A stretch of 64,000 bases of DNA. Origin: Botryllus schlosseri. Lineage: Eukaryota. Below, one piece after another: positions 26,932-38,806 of the stretch. A program made the translations under genes and the position numbers. A model generated the notes under the pieces. That model made no database searches and was not told where the DNA came from. It saw only the letters and a list, made by a program, of their open reading frames with translations. The stretch lies in contig CM119371.1 of assembly GCA_051294905.1 (NCBI GenBank), forward strand, positions 40,240,001 through 40,304,000, written 5' to 3'. Positions within the stretch are counted from its first letter, which is position 1, and every line of letters starts with the position of its first letter.

Positions 26932-28654
26932 GTTTCAAGCATTAGTTTGTCGCCGCCTAGGAAGCTGCGTATTCAATTATTTGCGCGTGAATCGGTTAAT
27001 GGTAAATAGTTGGCATTTACGCGATATCACGGACTCGCTCATTGACAGCGCTGATGTCGTATTGAAATGACCAGACAATAGAGACATACGAAAATTTGAA
27101 ATCGCAGACGGCGGGCGTTTCAGCATATTGTATGGGGTGCCCCCCCGTAACTCGGCGCCCATGACCATACTCATATATTTACCCGTTGTTTTACCTACGT
27201 GTCAGTTTTTTTTTTCGTTTTCGTGGTCGTTAATTTTAGTGTGAAAAGTAGTTTATTTGCAAAGTATATCACCATTACTTGAACGTGTCTATTAGCTATT
27301 TCAATGAAGTCTACTAATTTCCAGCTAATCCGTGTCATATCTTTTACTCGTCAACTGGCGATGTTTTCATCCAAACTCTACCATGGGCCCCTGTAAAGAT
27401 GGAAATGAGTGGAAAAAAGCATCCCTACATCTTAGGCATTTTTGATCATGTCGGAGTGGTGAAATTTCCCACCGTAAAGACTATTATTTGGAAAATGATG
27501 GAATTTTCGAATTGGATGACCTCAGCATCTACTGGTTGAAATGAGTCAAATTTGTTGTGCAAGGTATTTTAGGTAACCTAATGATTTGCCAGTTGAGCCA
27601 ATCAAATTTGAAAAAAGTTTTTTTTGAGCACCCTTAGTGTCCACTGTTCTATAATGGTCATAAATTTTAATATTCATGATTTGTACGTTAATGCATAGTA
27701 TGCTGTACTTGTCAGTGTTTGAATGTATTTTGCAAGGCTTTCGGAGTTGGTAGCATTTTGAAGGATTGTTTCATGTTCGCTTGTAATGATTTTCTTGCTA
27801 ATTATTTTAGGACAAGAATGCAGAACAAGTCCATATCCTGTCTCAGCCTTAAGCAGACGATGACGAAGAAGAGGATGCTGTATAAAGTCATTCCCCTCCT
27901 ACCAACTTTTGACCTCGTTGCAAGTTAAACCTGTATGAAGATTGAAGATATTTCCAGCTAGAGAGATTGTTGATTGCAAGTGTGCATTGCTTGCTGTGGA
28001 ATTTTTTACAAGTTACAGTTGAATTTGCTGATTATTATTTTCATCTGCTCTAGACGATCAAAAAGGGGTGAAAGTTAGTCATCCTTGCTGCTCAAGTAAA
28101 GGTGGATGTAAAATTGTGACTACTTGAGTACTTTCCAAAAGTAGAACGAGTCGCACACTTGCAGGTTACTGCAGCTGGTAGAGGCCGCTTTCAAAATTGC
28201 AGGATGTACCATCGCGAAAAATATATAATGGCACTCCAATTATAGTGCGATTTCTAAATTGCATTCACTATTACTACATTATAGGGGCTATCTAACTGTT
28301 TATGTCTTAGAAAGGTAAGTAGAAGTAGTCACAAAAACATGCAGTGAAAGTAGAAAAAACTTGAGTAGAAGTGCTTTGTTTGTTATACTGCATCTTGAAC
28401 AATGTGTGACAGATCTGCACATAGAGGATGTCGGAACGACCGATTGACCAGAGTAAAACATCCTATTTTTCTTGTATCTCTATTCGTATTACCTCTTCAC
28501 CTTGAATAGTTGCCATCTTAAATGTTAATGTCAGGTCTTTCCCTAATGTGCATGATTTTTACTGTCATTGAAGAACTTCAACCTGCCACTTTTTGAATTT
28601 TTTTACCGTCTCATTTCTAATGTATTCTCATATTGTGAACGTAATTTTTCAACT

Positions 28655-29162
28655 TGATTTGACAGTTGTTGCTTTGACTCGATGCTGACTTCTTTTACTT
28701 CACTGCAATTTTTAATGTATCACTATGTCTTCTTGCATAATGATTTTCAAAACTTGCCAACCTCTGTATTTCTGATACATTTGTGTATGCGCAATTGTAC
28801 ATGTGTAATGCGGTGCGTGTCTTCTATTTGCTTCGCCAGGTAATTGCTTCGACCTATCATAATTTTTCAACACTCGCCCATGTGTCGTATTCTGTAATCC
28901 TATCGGTGTGAACTGTGCATGCTTCTTTACCTTGATTGATTGACAGTTGTTGCTTTGACTCAATGCTGTGCTGTGCTTCACTTTGCTGCAGTTTTTATTA
29001 TTGCCTATAATGGTTTTCAAAACTTGCCAACCTCTGGTATTTCTGATATAGTTGTGTATGTGTAATGCGGTGCGTGTCTTGTTTTCATTCTCATTGACGA
29101 AATTCAAGGTAATTGCTTCGAACTTTCTTTAATTTTTCAACACTAGCCCATGTGTGGTATTC
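28655..29162. repeat. About 280-bp diverged tandem duplication
   Basis: gacagttgttgctttgactc at 28661 and 28942; tttcaaaacttgccaacctctg and tgtaatgcggtgcgtgtctt are also repeated. Confidence 0.8.
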
Positions 29163-29677
29163 TTCCCAGTGTACATACTTCGTAGTCATCTTATTTTTTG
29201 CCTGATTGATCGACTGCTTGTGATATTTTCAAGTCCACCTGCATCTTTATGGCATCTCTTTAACTTGAGTGAATGATTGATTTTGACGTGATTTACAGCA
29301 GTTGTTAATTTTACTTGTTGATGCTTTTTATTGTTGAAAATTTGATAATATAAGCTTTTTGCCTCAAAATCAATCTTGTGTCAGTATATTTCTGCGTCGC
29401 CTAACCTGTGGTATAAGGGAATATGCAGGTCCAGGAGCTAGCTATAGCTAGCTAGTGTTCAGAGGGTTGATCAGTGGATAGTCTATGGATATCAGTCTCA
29501 ACCAGACTTTGTCCCTACAGTGGCCAGGAAATGACTTGATTGGATGATAAATGGACGACCACTGGATGACACCAAGATTCGACATTCTCGGTGCGACCGG
29601 ATGACACTAGGATGAATCTGGGCCAAATGACAAGTTATCCGACGGATATCCGTTTGCCGTAATGTGTTTGCTGGGGA

Positions 29678-31867
29678 TTACCAACCTTGCGAGAAGTAAT
29701 GAGTTACTTTCTGCATCTGAAAGACCATTGCCCTCAGTCAACCCCTACTCGTGAGCTATGTAATGTGGTGGTTCATGATGTCATGACAGTGTGGCAAATG
29801 GCGAGAATTGCCACAATACTTAAAGGAAATGCGGTGAAATTACTTGAAAAACTGAACAAAAAATATATTTTTCTGAAGGCGACCATGAAACGGGAAAGTG
29901 ATCCCAAGGGTAAGAGGAAAAAATTCACGGAAGATTTGGACAAGTTGTGGGATATTGGAAGTACAGATGCGATAGCAATAATACAAAATGACATTTATCT
30001 ATCACATGATAGAAAGCTCGAAGACATTGCATTCTATGAAGATGAACAGCAATCTCGCAAATGCATAATGTTGGGAAGAGACAAGATTCTCGCTAAAGAC
30101 ATCGAAAAGAAAACAGCAACCATGGCGGATAGAACTGTTAAAAACATTCAACATGACTCAAGTGATGACTATGTTGTTTTAGCATCTTCTTCATCTTCAA
30201 AAGAGGGTGATAGTTTGAGTTCAAGTTCTGATTATGATGCTGATGTTGGTCTTGGCACCTCGACAGCCATTAAGCTGATGGCACCTAAAAATATTATGAA
30301 TAATACCCATGTGTCCCAAGCTCTGGATCGATTGCAAATAACAGACAACAAGGCAACAATGCTGATCGGAGCATTTATTACGGCTTGTGGCGGTGACATA
30401 GCAATGTTCTCTCTGTCAAGATCTTCGACAAAGAGAGCCAGGGAAACAAATCGTCTTGAAATTTCCAAGGATATTTCAGAAAAATTTGCAGAAAATAAAC
30501 CTCAACATGTTGCTATTCATTGGGATGGAAAGCTCACAGAGGATAGATTAGGAAATCGGTATGAGGCTCTGTCAATTGTCCTATCTTGTCATCCTCAATA
30601 CTCAGAAGGAAAACTACTTGGCATTCAAAAGATGCAAAATGCTGCAGGTCAGACGCAAGCAGAAACCACTTTCAACATAATTGAAAGTTGGAATATAAAA
30701 GATGCTGTAACAGCTTTGGTTTTTGACACTACAGCAAGCAACAGCGGCTGGAAGAAGGGTGCGGCAAAGATTCTTGAAGACCTTCTAGGAAGGAAGGTGT
30801 TCTACCATGCATGTCGGCACCATGTGTATGAGCTGGTAGTGAAAGACGTTTGGAAATCTTTATTTGGAAAGGCCACAACTGGACCAGAGAATGCATGGTT
30901 TGCCCACCTTAAAAGGAACTGGAGCAGTCTTGACAGGGAACAGCAATTCAAGACTCTGACTATTCCTCTATGTTTTGCTGAACGAGCTGCAATGATAGTT
31001 GATAAGTTCAAGCTACTGTTGAACAGAAAAGATTTTTTCACACGGGATGACTACAAGCAATGTGTGACTAATGCTCTTGCTCTTCTCGGTGCAGATGAAG
31101 ATATACGTCATCACAAACCTGGTGCAGCACACCATGCGAGATGGATGGGTACAATTCTGTATGCTCAAAAGATGTTCATGTGGGCCGACCAATTAGATTA
31201 CAAATCTGAAGAAGTTGAACTGCTGCGCCGCTTCAATTTATTTTTGGTTCTCTTTTATATCCCTGCGTGGGTGGATTCAAGCATTGGTCGTGATGCAGCT
31301 GGTAATGACTTGAGATTCGTTCAGCACATGTTGAGTTATAAGGAATATGATGAGCAAGTTTCCACAGCTGCTTCACGAAAGCTTTTGAAGCACGACTGGT
31401 ATATTGTTGAGGAAACCGCTGTATACGCCTTGTTTTCACCGACGGAAAGCAAGGAAACCCGGGAAAATATGGCAAAGGCGCTCCTGCAAGTAGAGCGAAC
31501 TTCCAGTTTCAGAAGGGGCCCACCCTCATTGAATGCAACTATACAGATCAACAAGGACAGTACGTTGTCTGACCTTATTGGGCCCCAGTCGTGGTACATA
31601 TTTGAAGTTTTTGAATGCTCTGGGGATTGGCTGCGTCAACCGGTTGATGATTGGCACTTTTCAGATTCATTCAATAAAATGAATTGCTACGTTAGTTCTG
31701 TCAAAGTCGTTAATGATGCCGCAGAAAGAGGTGTCAAGCTAATCACAGACTATGCTGCAATCTTGACTGACAATGAACAGCAAAGAGACAGTTTGCTTCA
31801 AGCTGTGGAACAGCATAGGAAGATTTTTGGAGACAGCAGGAAGTCTACTCTTATCAAAGGCCAGTGA
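29678..31867 (+). CDS. hAT-like transposase, main part (N-terminal 37 codons at 20831-20941)
   Basis: Uninterrupted frame with IHWDGK, VFDTTASNSG, ACRHH (CxxH), HHARWM and VVNDAAERGVKL; lies inside the TIR-bounded element. Confidence 0.88.
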   Translation, partial: LPTLREVMSYFLHLKDHCPQSTPTRELCNVVVHDVMTVWQMARIATILKGNAVKLLEKLNKKYIFLKATMKRESDPKGKRKKFTEDLDKLWDIGSTDAIAIIQNDIYLSHDRKLEDIAFYEDEQQSRKCIMLGRDKILAKDIEKKTATMADRTVKNIQHDSSDDYVVLASSSSSKEGDSLSSSSDYDADVGLGTSTAIKLMAPKNIMNNTHVSQALDRLQITDNKATMLIGAFITACGGDIAMFSLSRSSTKRARETNRLEISKDISEKFAENKPQHVAIHWDGKLTEDRLGNRYEALSIVLSCHPQYSEGKLLGIQKMQNAAGQTQAETTFNIIESWNIKDAVTALVFDTTASNSGWKKGAAKILEDLLGRKVFYHACRHHVYELVVKDVWKSLFGKATTGPENAWFAHLKRNWSSLDREQQFKTLTIPLCFAERAAMIVDKFKLLLNRKDFFTRDDYKQCVTNALALLGADEDIRHHKPGAAHHARWMGTILYAQKMFMWADQLDYKSEEVELLRRFNLFLVLFYIPAWVDSSIGRDAAGNDLRFVQHMLSYKEYDEQVSTAASRKLLKHDWYIVEETAVYALFSPTESKETRENMAKALLQVERTSSFRRGPPSLNATIQINKDSTLSDLIGPQSWYIFEVFECSGDWLRQPVDDWHFSDSFNKMNCYVSSVKVVNDAAERGVKLITDYAAILTDNEQQRDSLLQAVEQHRKIFGDSRKSTLIKGQ

Positions 31868-32570
31868 TCTGCAACACTGACCCTGCGATATACTTTTTAA
31901 TGATGCCTTTTGTAAATAGCATTTTTGCCTTTGTTAAATCTTGAATAAAAAGTGTAATATGCGTTCGTTTTAGAGAGAGACGTCGACTTACCATAACAAG
32001 CCATAAGGAGAAATTGACTACTGGTTTGCAATTTATGAGTTACAGTCGTTGTCAACTGGTATGTTTTAGAAGGCTCGAAGGTAGCACGATGCATGCATCT
32101 AGTTCATTCTTATCTTAATTGGCCAAGCTCCTGTGCAAGAAGTAACAAAACTGTTATACACAGTGTTCAGGTAGAAAATATATTATTGGATCGTTATGCT
32201 GTTGTCGATGGCAGCATTAACAACGTCAATTTACCATATCGCCAATGCCACGAACAGAAATGGCTGCAAACCAACACAACAGAGTAGAACGAAATCGTGA
32301 CCAGCAATGATCACAAAATCAGTATTTCAGCCAATCAGTAGCTTATTATTACAGGTTCCAACCAATCAAAATTCTAGGTTCGTGATTGCCCGCCCACTTC
32401 ATCGATTCCCCGCCCACATGCAGACGGCTACTTTCAAACGCTTTGTAAGAAATCTTAACGACGTTCCTGAGAGCTTCTTTCAGGCTTGTTGATGTTTTTA
32501 ATCAATAATCTATAGAATAAGACATTACAACGCAGCATTTTCGAAATTTTTCAAATTTTGGACAACCCTA

Positions 32571-35500
32571 ATAAGCATTCTCTTTTCTTTTTTAGTTTGA
32601 CGATTATATCCGGGCGGTTGCTCCTGATTTCGCGGTCAGTTATAACTGGTACATCCCACAGAATTTTTACTTGTTCGTTTTCTGTCACTGGTGCTGGGCT
32701 GTAATCGTACCAATTTTTTGTCGAAGTGGTGATGTTAAAATGTTTGCATAATTCAAGATGAATGTAGTGACCAATCCTATTGTGTCTCCATGTGTATTCG
32801 GTAGCTGCAAGTGCACCACAGCCGGACATGAGATGTGCTACAGTTTCATTTTGGTTGTGGCACATTCTGCATTTGCCGTCCGTGTTTTGCTTCAGAATTC
32901 TTTTGCGATAGTATTTTGTAGGAAGCGATTGGTCTTGTGCTGCGAAAATGAATCCTTCGCTTGCCGGTTTCAGGCCACAGCTGGATAGCCAGGTCCATGA
33001 AAGCTCGTCTACATGGGGCTGTGAAGTTAACTTCTTGTGCTGTCCATGAAGAGGCATCGACTCCCATATCGTTTCTCTCATTTTGAGCGTTGCATTTTTG
33101 TATCGGACTCGTGCTGCTTTTGCTATTGTTGTGGGTTTAGCAACAGTGTTTTCTGCAGTGTACAGGTTAGCTGTTTCTATGTTGACTTCTTTGACGTACT
33201 TGTCGTGACGATAGCTCAGAGATTTTGTTTTGCGCTGTTTGTCTTCCTGTGCAATGAGTTTGCAGTAAATGTTATCGCTGTTGTTGATGTACTGTGACAA
33301 GCCGATGATTTCTGTTTTGAAAGTTTGTTCAATTTCTTGTAGTCCTCGACCACCTTTTTTTCTGGGGATGTACAGTCTTTGTGTGTCAGATTTTGGGTGA
33401 TGCATGTGGTGCATTGTCATCAGTTTTCTCGTCTTTGTGTCCAATTTTTTAATTTCATCTTTGCGCCAGTTCACCACACCAAAGCTATATCTCAAGACAG
33501 GCACTGCAAGACTGTTTATGGCATTGATTTTGTTTTTGGAATTGAGTTCAGTTTTGAGAATTGACTTGAGCCTGCTGATGTATTCTTTTTTTAGACTTGA
33601 TTTCATTGCAGCATGTTTAATGTTGTCGCTTTCACAGATCCCTAGATATTTATAGTGATCTTCAGCATTCAATTCTGTTATGGTTTCACCCATTTTGAAG
33701 TTCATGTCGCCAGTGCTGGTGGCTCTTCCACGTCGTATGGTAAGTTTTGAGCATTTATCCAAGCCAAATTTCATTTTTATATCATCCGAAAACTCATGAA
33801 CAATTTTCATTTGGTTATTCAGGTCCGTATCAGATTTCGCATACAGTTTCAGATCATCCATGAACAAAAGGTGATGAATCTTTTGACCTTCAGAATTTGC
33901 TGCTTTTTTCATCACGTATCCTGTTTCATTTTTTCTCAGCAACTCACTGAGTGGAGCTAAGCTGAGGCAGAATAGAAGTGGTGAGAATGAGTCGCCTTGG
34001 AAGATACCATTGCATATCTGAATTGTACAGGTTTCTGTTTCACCTTGGTCATGTTTGATCAACAGTTTTGTATGCCAATTTTTCATTGAATTTTCAATAA
34101 ATCTGATGATGATCGGATTCATTTTGTACATACGCATTGTTTTCAGTATCCACGTGTGAGGGACTGAATCGAAAGCTTTTTTGTAATCTATCCATGCCAT
34201 GCTGAGGTTAGTGTGTCTCCTCTTGCAGTTTTCAAGAATGGTTTTGTCAAGGAGCAGGTGGTCCTTACAGCCAAGGGCGCCTTCCTTGCATCCTTTCTGC
34301 TCAGGCGGTAGAAGATTTTCTAGGTGTTTGTAGCTTCGTTTTGCCAGGATTTTGGTCAGTGTTTTGTACATGGTTGTCAGGCATGTTATTGGCCTGTAGT
34401 TCTTGGGGTCCCTGGTGTTTTCATTTTTTGGAATAAGATAGGTGATCCCTTGTGTGAACCAGGCTGGGATCTCGTGCGAGCTGGTTGAGGATAAAAGCTC
34501 ATTATAGGTTACCGCTAGGTAATAATGTGTTGCAGTTAGTTTTTTTAGCCAAAAGTTTTTGATCTGGTCAGGACCAGCTGCTTTCCAGTTCAGTGAACTT
34601 TTTAGGGCCTCCATGATTTCTTGTTTTGTGATTTCTGACCATTGTTGTTCTGGTGTTTGTAGATGGTCAGTGTGGAGGTCTTGTATCCAATTTGCATTTG
34701 AGTTGTGCAATTTTTTGGTTTCCCATATTTTCTTCCAAAATGATTCCACATCTGCAGTGGCTGGTATTTTGCTGCTGGTAAGTTTTTGATTTGACTTTTG
34801 TTTCATCATTCGAAAAAATTGTCCAGGTTTGCGAGCAAATAACAAATTTTGGCGATATTGTGTTTCTCGTTTTTTATATCGTTTCAATCGTTGTGCTTTG
34901 GCGCATATTTTCATTTTTAATTCTTCTTGCAGCATTGTCACTTTTTCTGTTGACTGCAGTTTGGTTTGGTGCTCCAGTTCTATTCTTTTTACTTTATTTT
35001 TTACTTTGCGGGAAACATTTCCTTTTTTTAGTTCTGAGAGTATCGCAACGTCACACCTTAGTTTTGCGATTTTGTTTTCAATTCTGCGTTGCCAAGCTGG
35101 CGTATGCCTTCCCCTTTTTTTTGTTGACAGTTCTTGGTATTTTGCAGTGCCTTTCTGAGATAACTGCCGCAGTGCTGTAAATGAGGTTGTTGATTGTTGT
35201 CAAGGGACATTGTGGTCTTTCTCCTTGTTTGTCATTTAGAGTTGCAGGTAGTATGGTTTCTGTCAAAATTTTGTTCGCTACTGCAATATCAGTTTTCAGT
35301 TTCTTTGTAATTTGTAAGTCAGGTAACTGCACTCTGTCATTTACATTCAATGTGGATTTCATTCGGTCGATGATTTGATTTTTGATCTCCAATTCTAATT
35401 CCGTGTCTATGTCGCCATCGTTAGGTGTTGTTGATTCATTCGGGTGCCGGGTGGTATTTTGTAATTCTACTTCTGCGTTGTTCGGGTCATCAAGTGATTG

Positions 35501-35605
35501 TTGTGGGTTCAGGTCATCTTGACCGAATTGCAGTTCCATTGCCTCAGAGTTTTCTATGTTTTTGTTACACATTTCTCCCTCGATTTCTGCGAGTTCTTGT
35601 TCAGA
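32571..35605 (-). pseudogene. R4/Dong ORF, N-terminal and RT portion (one frameshift near 35110-35122)
   Basis: ORF 35078-35572 (INNLIYSTAAVI) shifts frame at an A8G4 run into PAWQRRIENKIAKLR..., which continues in frame into ORF 32551-34941. Confidence 0.85.
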
Positions 35606-35607
35606 TA

Positions 35608-35634
35608 ATTATTATTATTATTATTATTATTATT
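35608..35634. repeat. (ATT)9 microsatellite, likely Dong target site
   Basis: Directly abuts the truncated 5' end of the R4/Dong ORF. Confidence 0.9.
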
Positions 35635-37209
35635 GGATACGACAGTGGTGCTTTTAGCCAGGTTAAGGCCCTGTGCTCCACGACATTGCAATTACACGGA
35701 CAGTACACAATGAATTTCATTTTTTCGGGTCTCTGACGTTCTTCCACTCTCGCTTTATCGTCGTATCTTTGCTTCACTTTTTCATTCTTCTTGCACTCTC
35801 ACAGTCTCTTTCACGCACACTTCATCAGTTGATAATCGTCTCTGTTGCTACCGAATTATAGCTCGGCTCACTGTAGCTGGGCTTTTAATGTCACTGACTA
35901 GCGATTTTATGATGAATTATAGCGAATTTTCGCGATCCGCGTTGGCTCGCTGAACAGTACGGTTAATTACGTGGCAAAAGCGAAAAACGTGATTTGGGGG
36001 GATGGTTTATCACCCTATGGGAGCCCAAGACCCTATTCTTTTTGGTCCTGACGAAGTGCTGTTTCCTTCCTGCCAATAGGTAGCCTATACGCCTAAAGAT
36101 GTTTAATTATTATTGAGGGGTCCTACCTTTTTAAACACACCTCCCTCAGCTCTACCGGTAAATCTGATTCCGTGAGAAGATATAGGATAAAAATTGATAG
36201 CAATATATATGCAATTCCCGACGATATAAACCGATTCAAGAATGAATTATTTAAATTTTTGCGCTTCGCGCGTCTGGACGAGAGCAGCTGGCTCGCTAAA
36301 CGGACACCCAACGTAGATGACACGTAGCGGCAAAGAGTGTACATCCAAAGGGGGGTCCGGGGGGCAAAGCCTCAAAAGGTTCGGTTTATCGCCATGTGGG
36401 GGGGGGGGGGCAAGACCAACGTTTTTTTGGGGGGGCTGACGAAGTGCTGCTACACGGCCGTGCTGAAGAACATTATACAACGAAAGAATATCCCATTTAG
36501 CTGGATAAATAATAGACCGCGACCAATATTTTACAACATGTATTCGATTGTGCAGGTGCATCAAGACCTCATAGCTTCAAAGTGATAATTTCGTATAGTA
36601 AATTACAACATCAATCAAATTGCTTGTGTTGATCGATGTAACTAGTTAACTGGGATCTTAGTGGCGAGATAATTTACAGATACCGTTGAGGTGAGTTCCA
36701 CATTTGCAACGCCAGTGGGTTGCGTGTAGGGCTGGGCAAAATCGAGTACCTGAGTGATTCGAGTATGACCCATTATGACGTCATAGCAGAATGAAATATG
36801 TCAAAGTTCAAATATGTACCCTTTATGCGACCACAAAGAATATAATGGCTGTTTTCGAGGGTTACTATTTTGGAATCGGGAAAGGAGGACACTTTTCAAA
36901 ATTTTCAGACTTCGAATACCGGAGGAACATCCAGAACAAATGGTATATTTTGACCACCTAGTGGTCGGTTGACTAAAAAAATGTCGACTTACCGGCCCAA
37001 CTCCAGAAATGCAGTACGCCTATTTCTTTCACACTTTACGTTGGTTGAATAAAAAAAAGAGAGAAAAAAGTCAACTTTACGGCTCAGCTCCCAAAATACA
37101 GTTTCTTTCATATTATCAGTTGGTTGACAAAAAAGATCTTCATTCTTGTTCAAACCACGAAATTCCCATTTAACGTCATTAATGCCCATTTTACCTCATA
37201 TCTGACCAC

Positions 37210-38133
37210 ATGCGTCGGGATCAAGTCACTACCTTCGAGTGACGAGTCATCTCGAGTCATTGCACATTTTGACTCGGGTCAAGTCAAGTCAATCGATTTT
37301 CGAAGGTGACTCGAGTCAAGCCAGGTCACTCGTTTTTTGGAGGTGACTCGAGACATGTCGAGTCCAGTCAAGTCACGATTCAAGTCAAATTGAATTTTCA
37401 AGTGAGTGATGATGCAACGTCATTACATTCTGCTAACTGGGTGAAAGACGGATAAATTGGTTATTTATCTTAAATCAAATAACGAATATAATGTCAAATA
37501 TACATGCAAATAGGCGTTGTATCGCTCACGCACACTTCAAACTGCTAATAAAATACTTAACTGCATAGCTACTGTCTGTTATCATCAGAAAAAAGAAAGT
37601 ATCGGATACGAAGCCTCCATAAGTTGAAACAAATTAATACGGCACAATACACTACCCATCCCACACATCGGTGGAAATATAAACGCATAAACTATGTTCG
37701 TTCTACTTAAATCATAAAAGGGGCTTGGTAAAGGTGAGCACTGCGCAATGTAAGCACTGAACCGTCTAAGAAACAAAGATACGTTGCTATTAGATTAATC
37801 TACTACTACGACAACGTAAGCTGCGATTATTTCGTTAGCGGTCAATTTATTTCTGATGTAACAATAGAGGATCACTGAAACGTACAACCAGTGAATGTTT
37901 GCTTGCTCTCACAAGTGTCACCGGCGTATCGCCAGCAATTCGAACATATAAAAGATATGGTGATTTAATCGACACCGTTTACTTAATGACTTGAAATTGA
38001 CTCGTAGATTTTTCTCAAAGTCACGAGTCAATCCACATTTCTGAATCGCCGAGTCAAGTCAAGTCAAGTCATACTAAAAAGTTGACTCGAGTCTGACTCG
38101 AGTAAAGTCATGACTCGAGTCTTCCCAACACTG
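37210..38133. mobile_element. hAT MITE, CAGTGTTGGGA family
   Basis: TSD ctgaccac (37202-09, 38134-41); internal similarity to 53166-54079. Confidence 0.8.
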
Positions 38134-38806
38134 CTGACCACTATATTAGCTCTAAAAGCGATAAAGGAGGACGAATTCCCAAAATCGAGGACATTTTGGA
38201 GTCCTCGGAGGACATTTTCTAACTCCCGATAAAGGAGGACAAATCCTCCTAAAGGTAATCCTACTGTTATCCATCACATTAAAGATACTTGGGTATTTTT
38301 TTGACCATACCGATTTCATTGCACTTTGTGACAATGTTGTGAATCATGACTCCGGAAATGCAACTTCGCAACTGCCATATGTAATCCACTATTTGGTTAA
38401 TTTGTACCAGTGTCGACATATAACCAACGTGATGTGGTTCAATTTAAGGTAGGCTAATAATTTAATGAATATGCATTTTTTCACTGGAATATTGATCCAC
38501 TCAGGCCGCCTGATACACGGATTTGTGGGGCTGCATGATTTCTGAACTTGTCGATGTTTCAAACTCGACGGTCATTTTGTATCATGCCGATATTTATGTT
38601 ACTGATTTGTTAACTGCCGACTTGAAAACAGTGACCGATTTCGTTCTTGGCATTTTTACGTAACACTTTTGCGGACTGGCTGGCCTTTCCAACATTTAGT
38701 TAGGGCTTATGAGTTAACTCCTGGTTTCCAACCAGGAATCAATTGGATGTTTGCAGCAGGGGAATTTCAAATATTACCAAACAAGATAAACGTATAAATG
38801 TCTGAC

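Larger units (their letters stand above)
20942..29675. mobile_element. CACTA/EnSpm (CMC)-like non-autonomous DNA transposon, 8.7 kb
   Basis: 14-bp TIR cccagcaaacacat / atgtgtttgctggg; 2-bp TSD GA; ggatatcc/ggatagtc/ggatgaca subterminal repeats at both ends. The superfamily is inferred from the CCC termini plus 2-bp TSD. Confidence 0.75.
20131..32570 (+). mobile_element. hAT-superfamily DNA transposon (TAGGG termini, probably hATm-type), 12,440 bp
   Basis: 144-bp perfect TIRs (20131-20274 / 32427-32570); perfect 8-bp TSD ataagcat (20123-30, 32571-78); encodes a transposase. Confidence 0.93.
19575..35607 (-). mobile_element. R4/Dong-clade non-LTR retrotransposon (RT + CCHC + REL endonuclease), 5'-truncated, split by a hAT insertion
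   Basis: RT motifs KAAGPD, NYRPITCL, IDYKKAFDSVPH, GIFQGDSFSP, LFMDDLKL; CRMC...HLMSGC; RHN; ILWD...NRPDI. The C-terminus resumes at 20122 and ends at TAA 19845. The 5' junction abuts (ATT)9 at 35608-35634. The 3' end is approximate. Confidence 0.9.

Noticed and set aside
24365..27163. Possible TIR pair cataggcgccgac / ctcggcgcccatg enclosing the 25616 MITE (a fifth nesting level)
   Set aside because: The flanks (tgcgtaat / accatact) show no TSD, so a single element cannot be supported.
28200..28560. Possible CR1/L2 ORF1-endonuclease traces (PIIVRFLN, LNVNVRS)
   Set aside because: Only two short motifs and no continuous frame.
32758..35378. Many plus-strand ORFs over the LINE, and antisense ORFs over the transposase and NACHT exon
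   Set aside because: Antisense shadows of real coding frames.
38739..38806. C-terminal tail of the 482-aa ORF (GQTFIRLSCL...)
   Set aside because: Likely intron read-through past the donor at 38806, which is phase-compatible with the exon at 12766.
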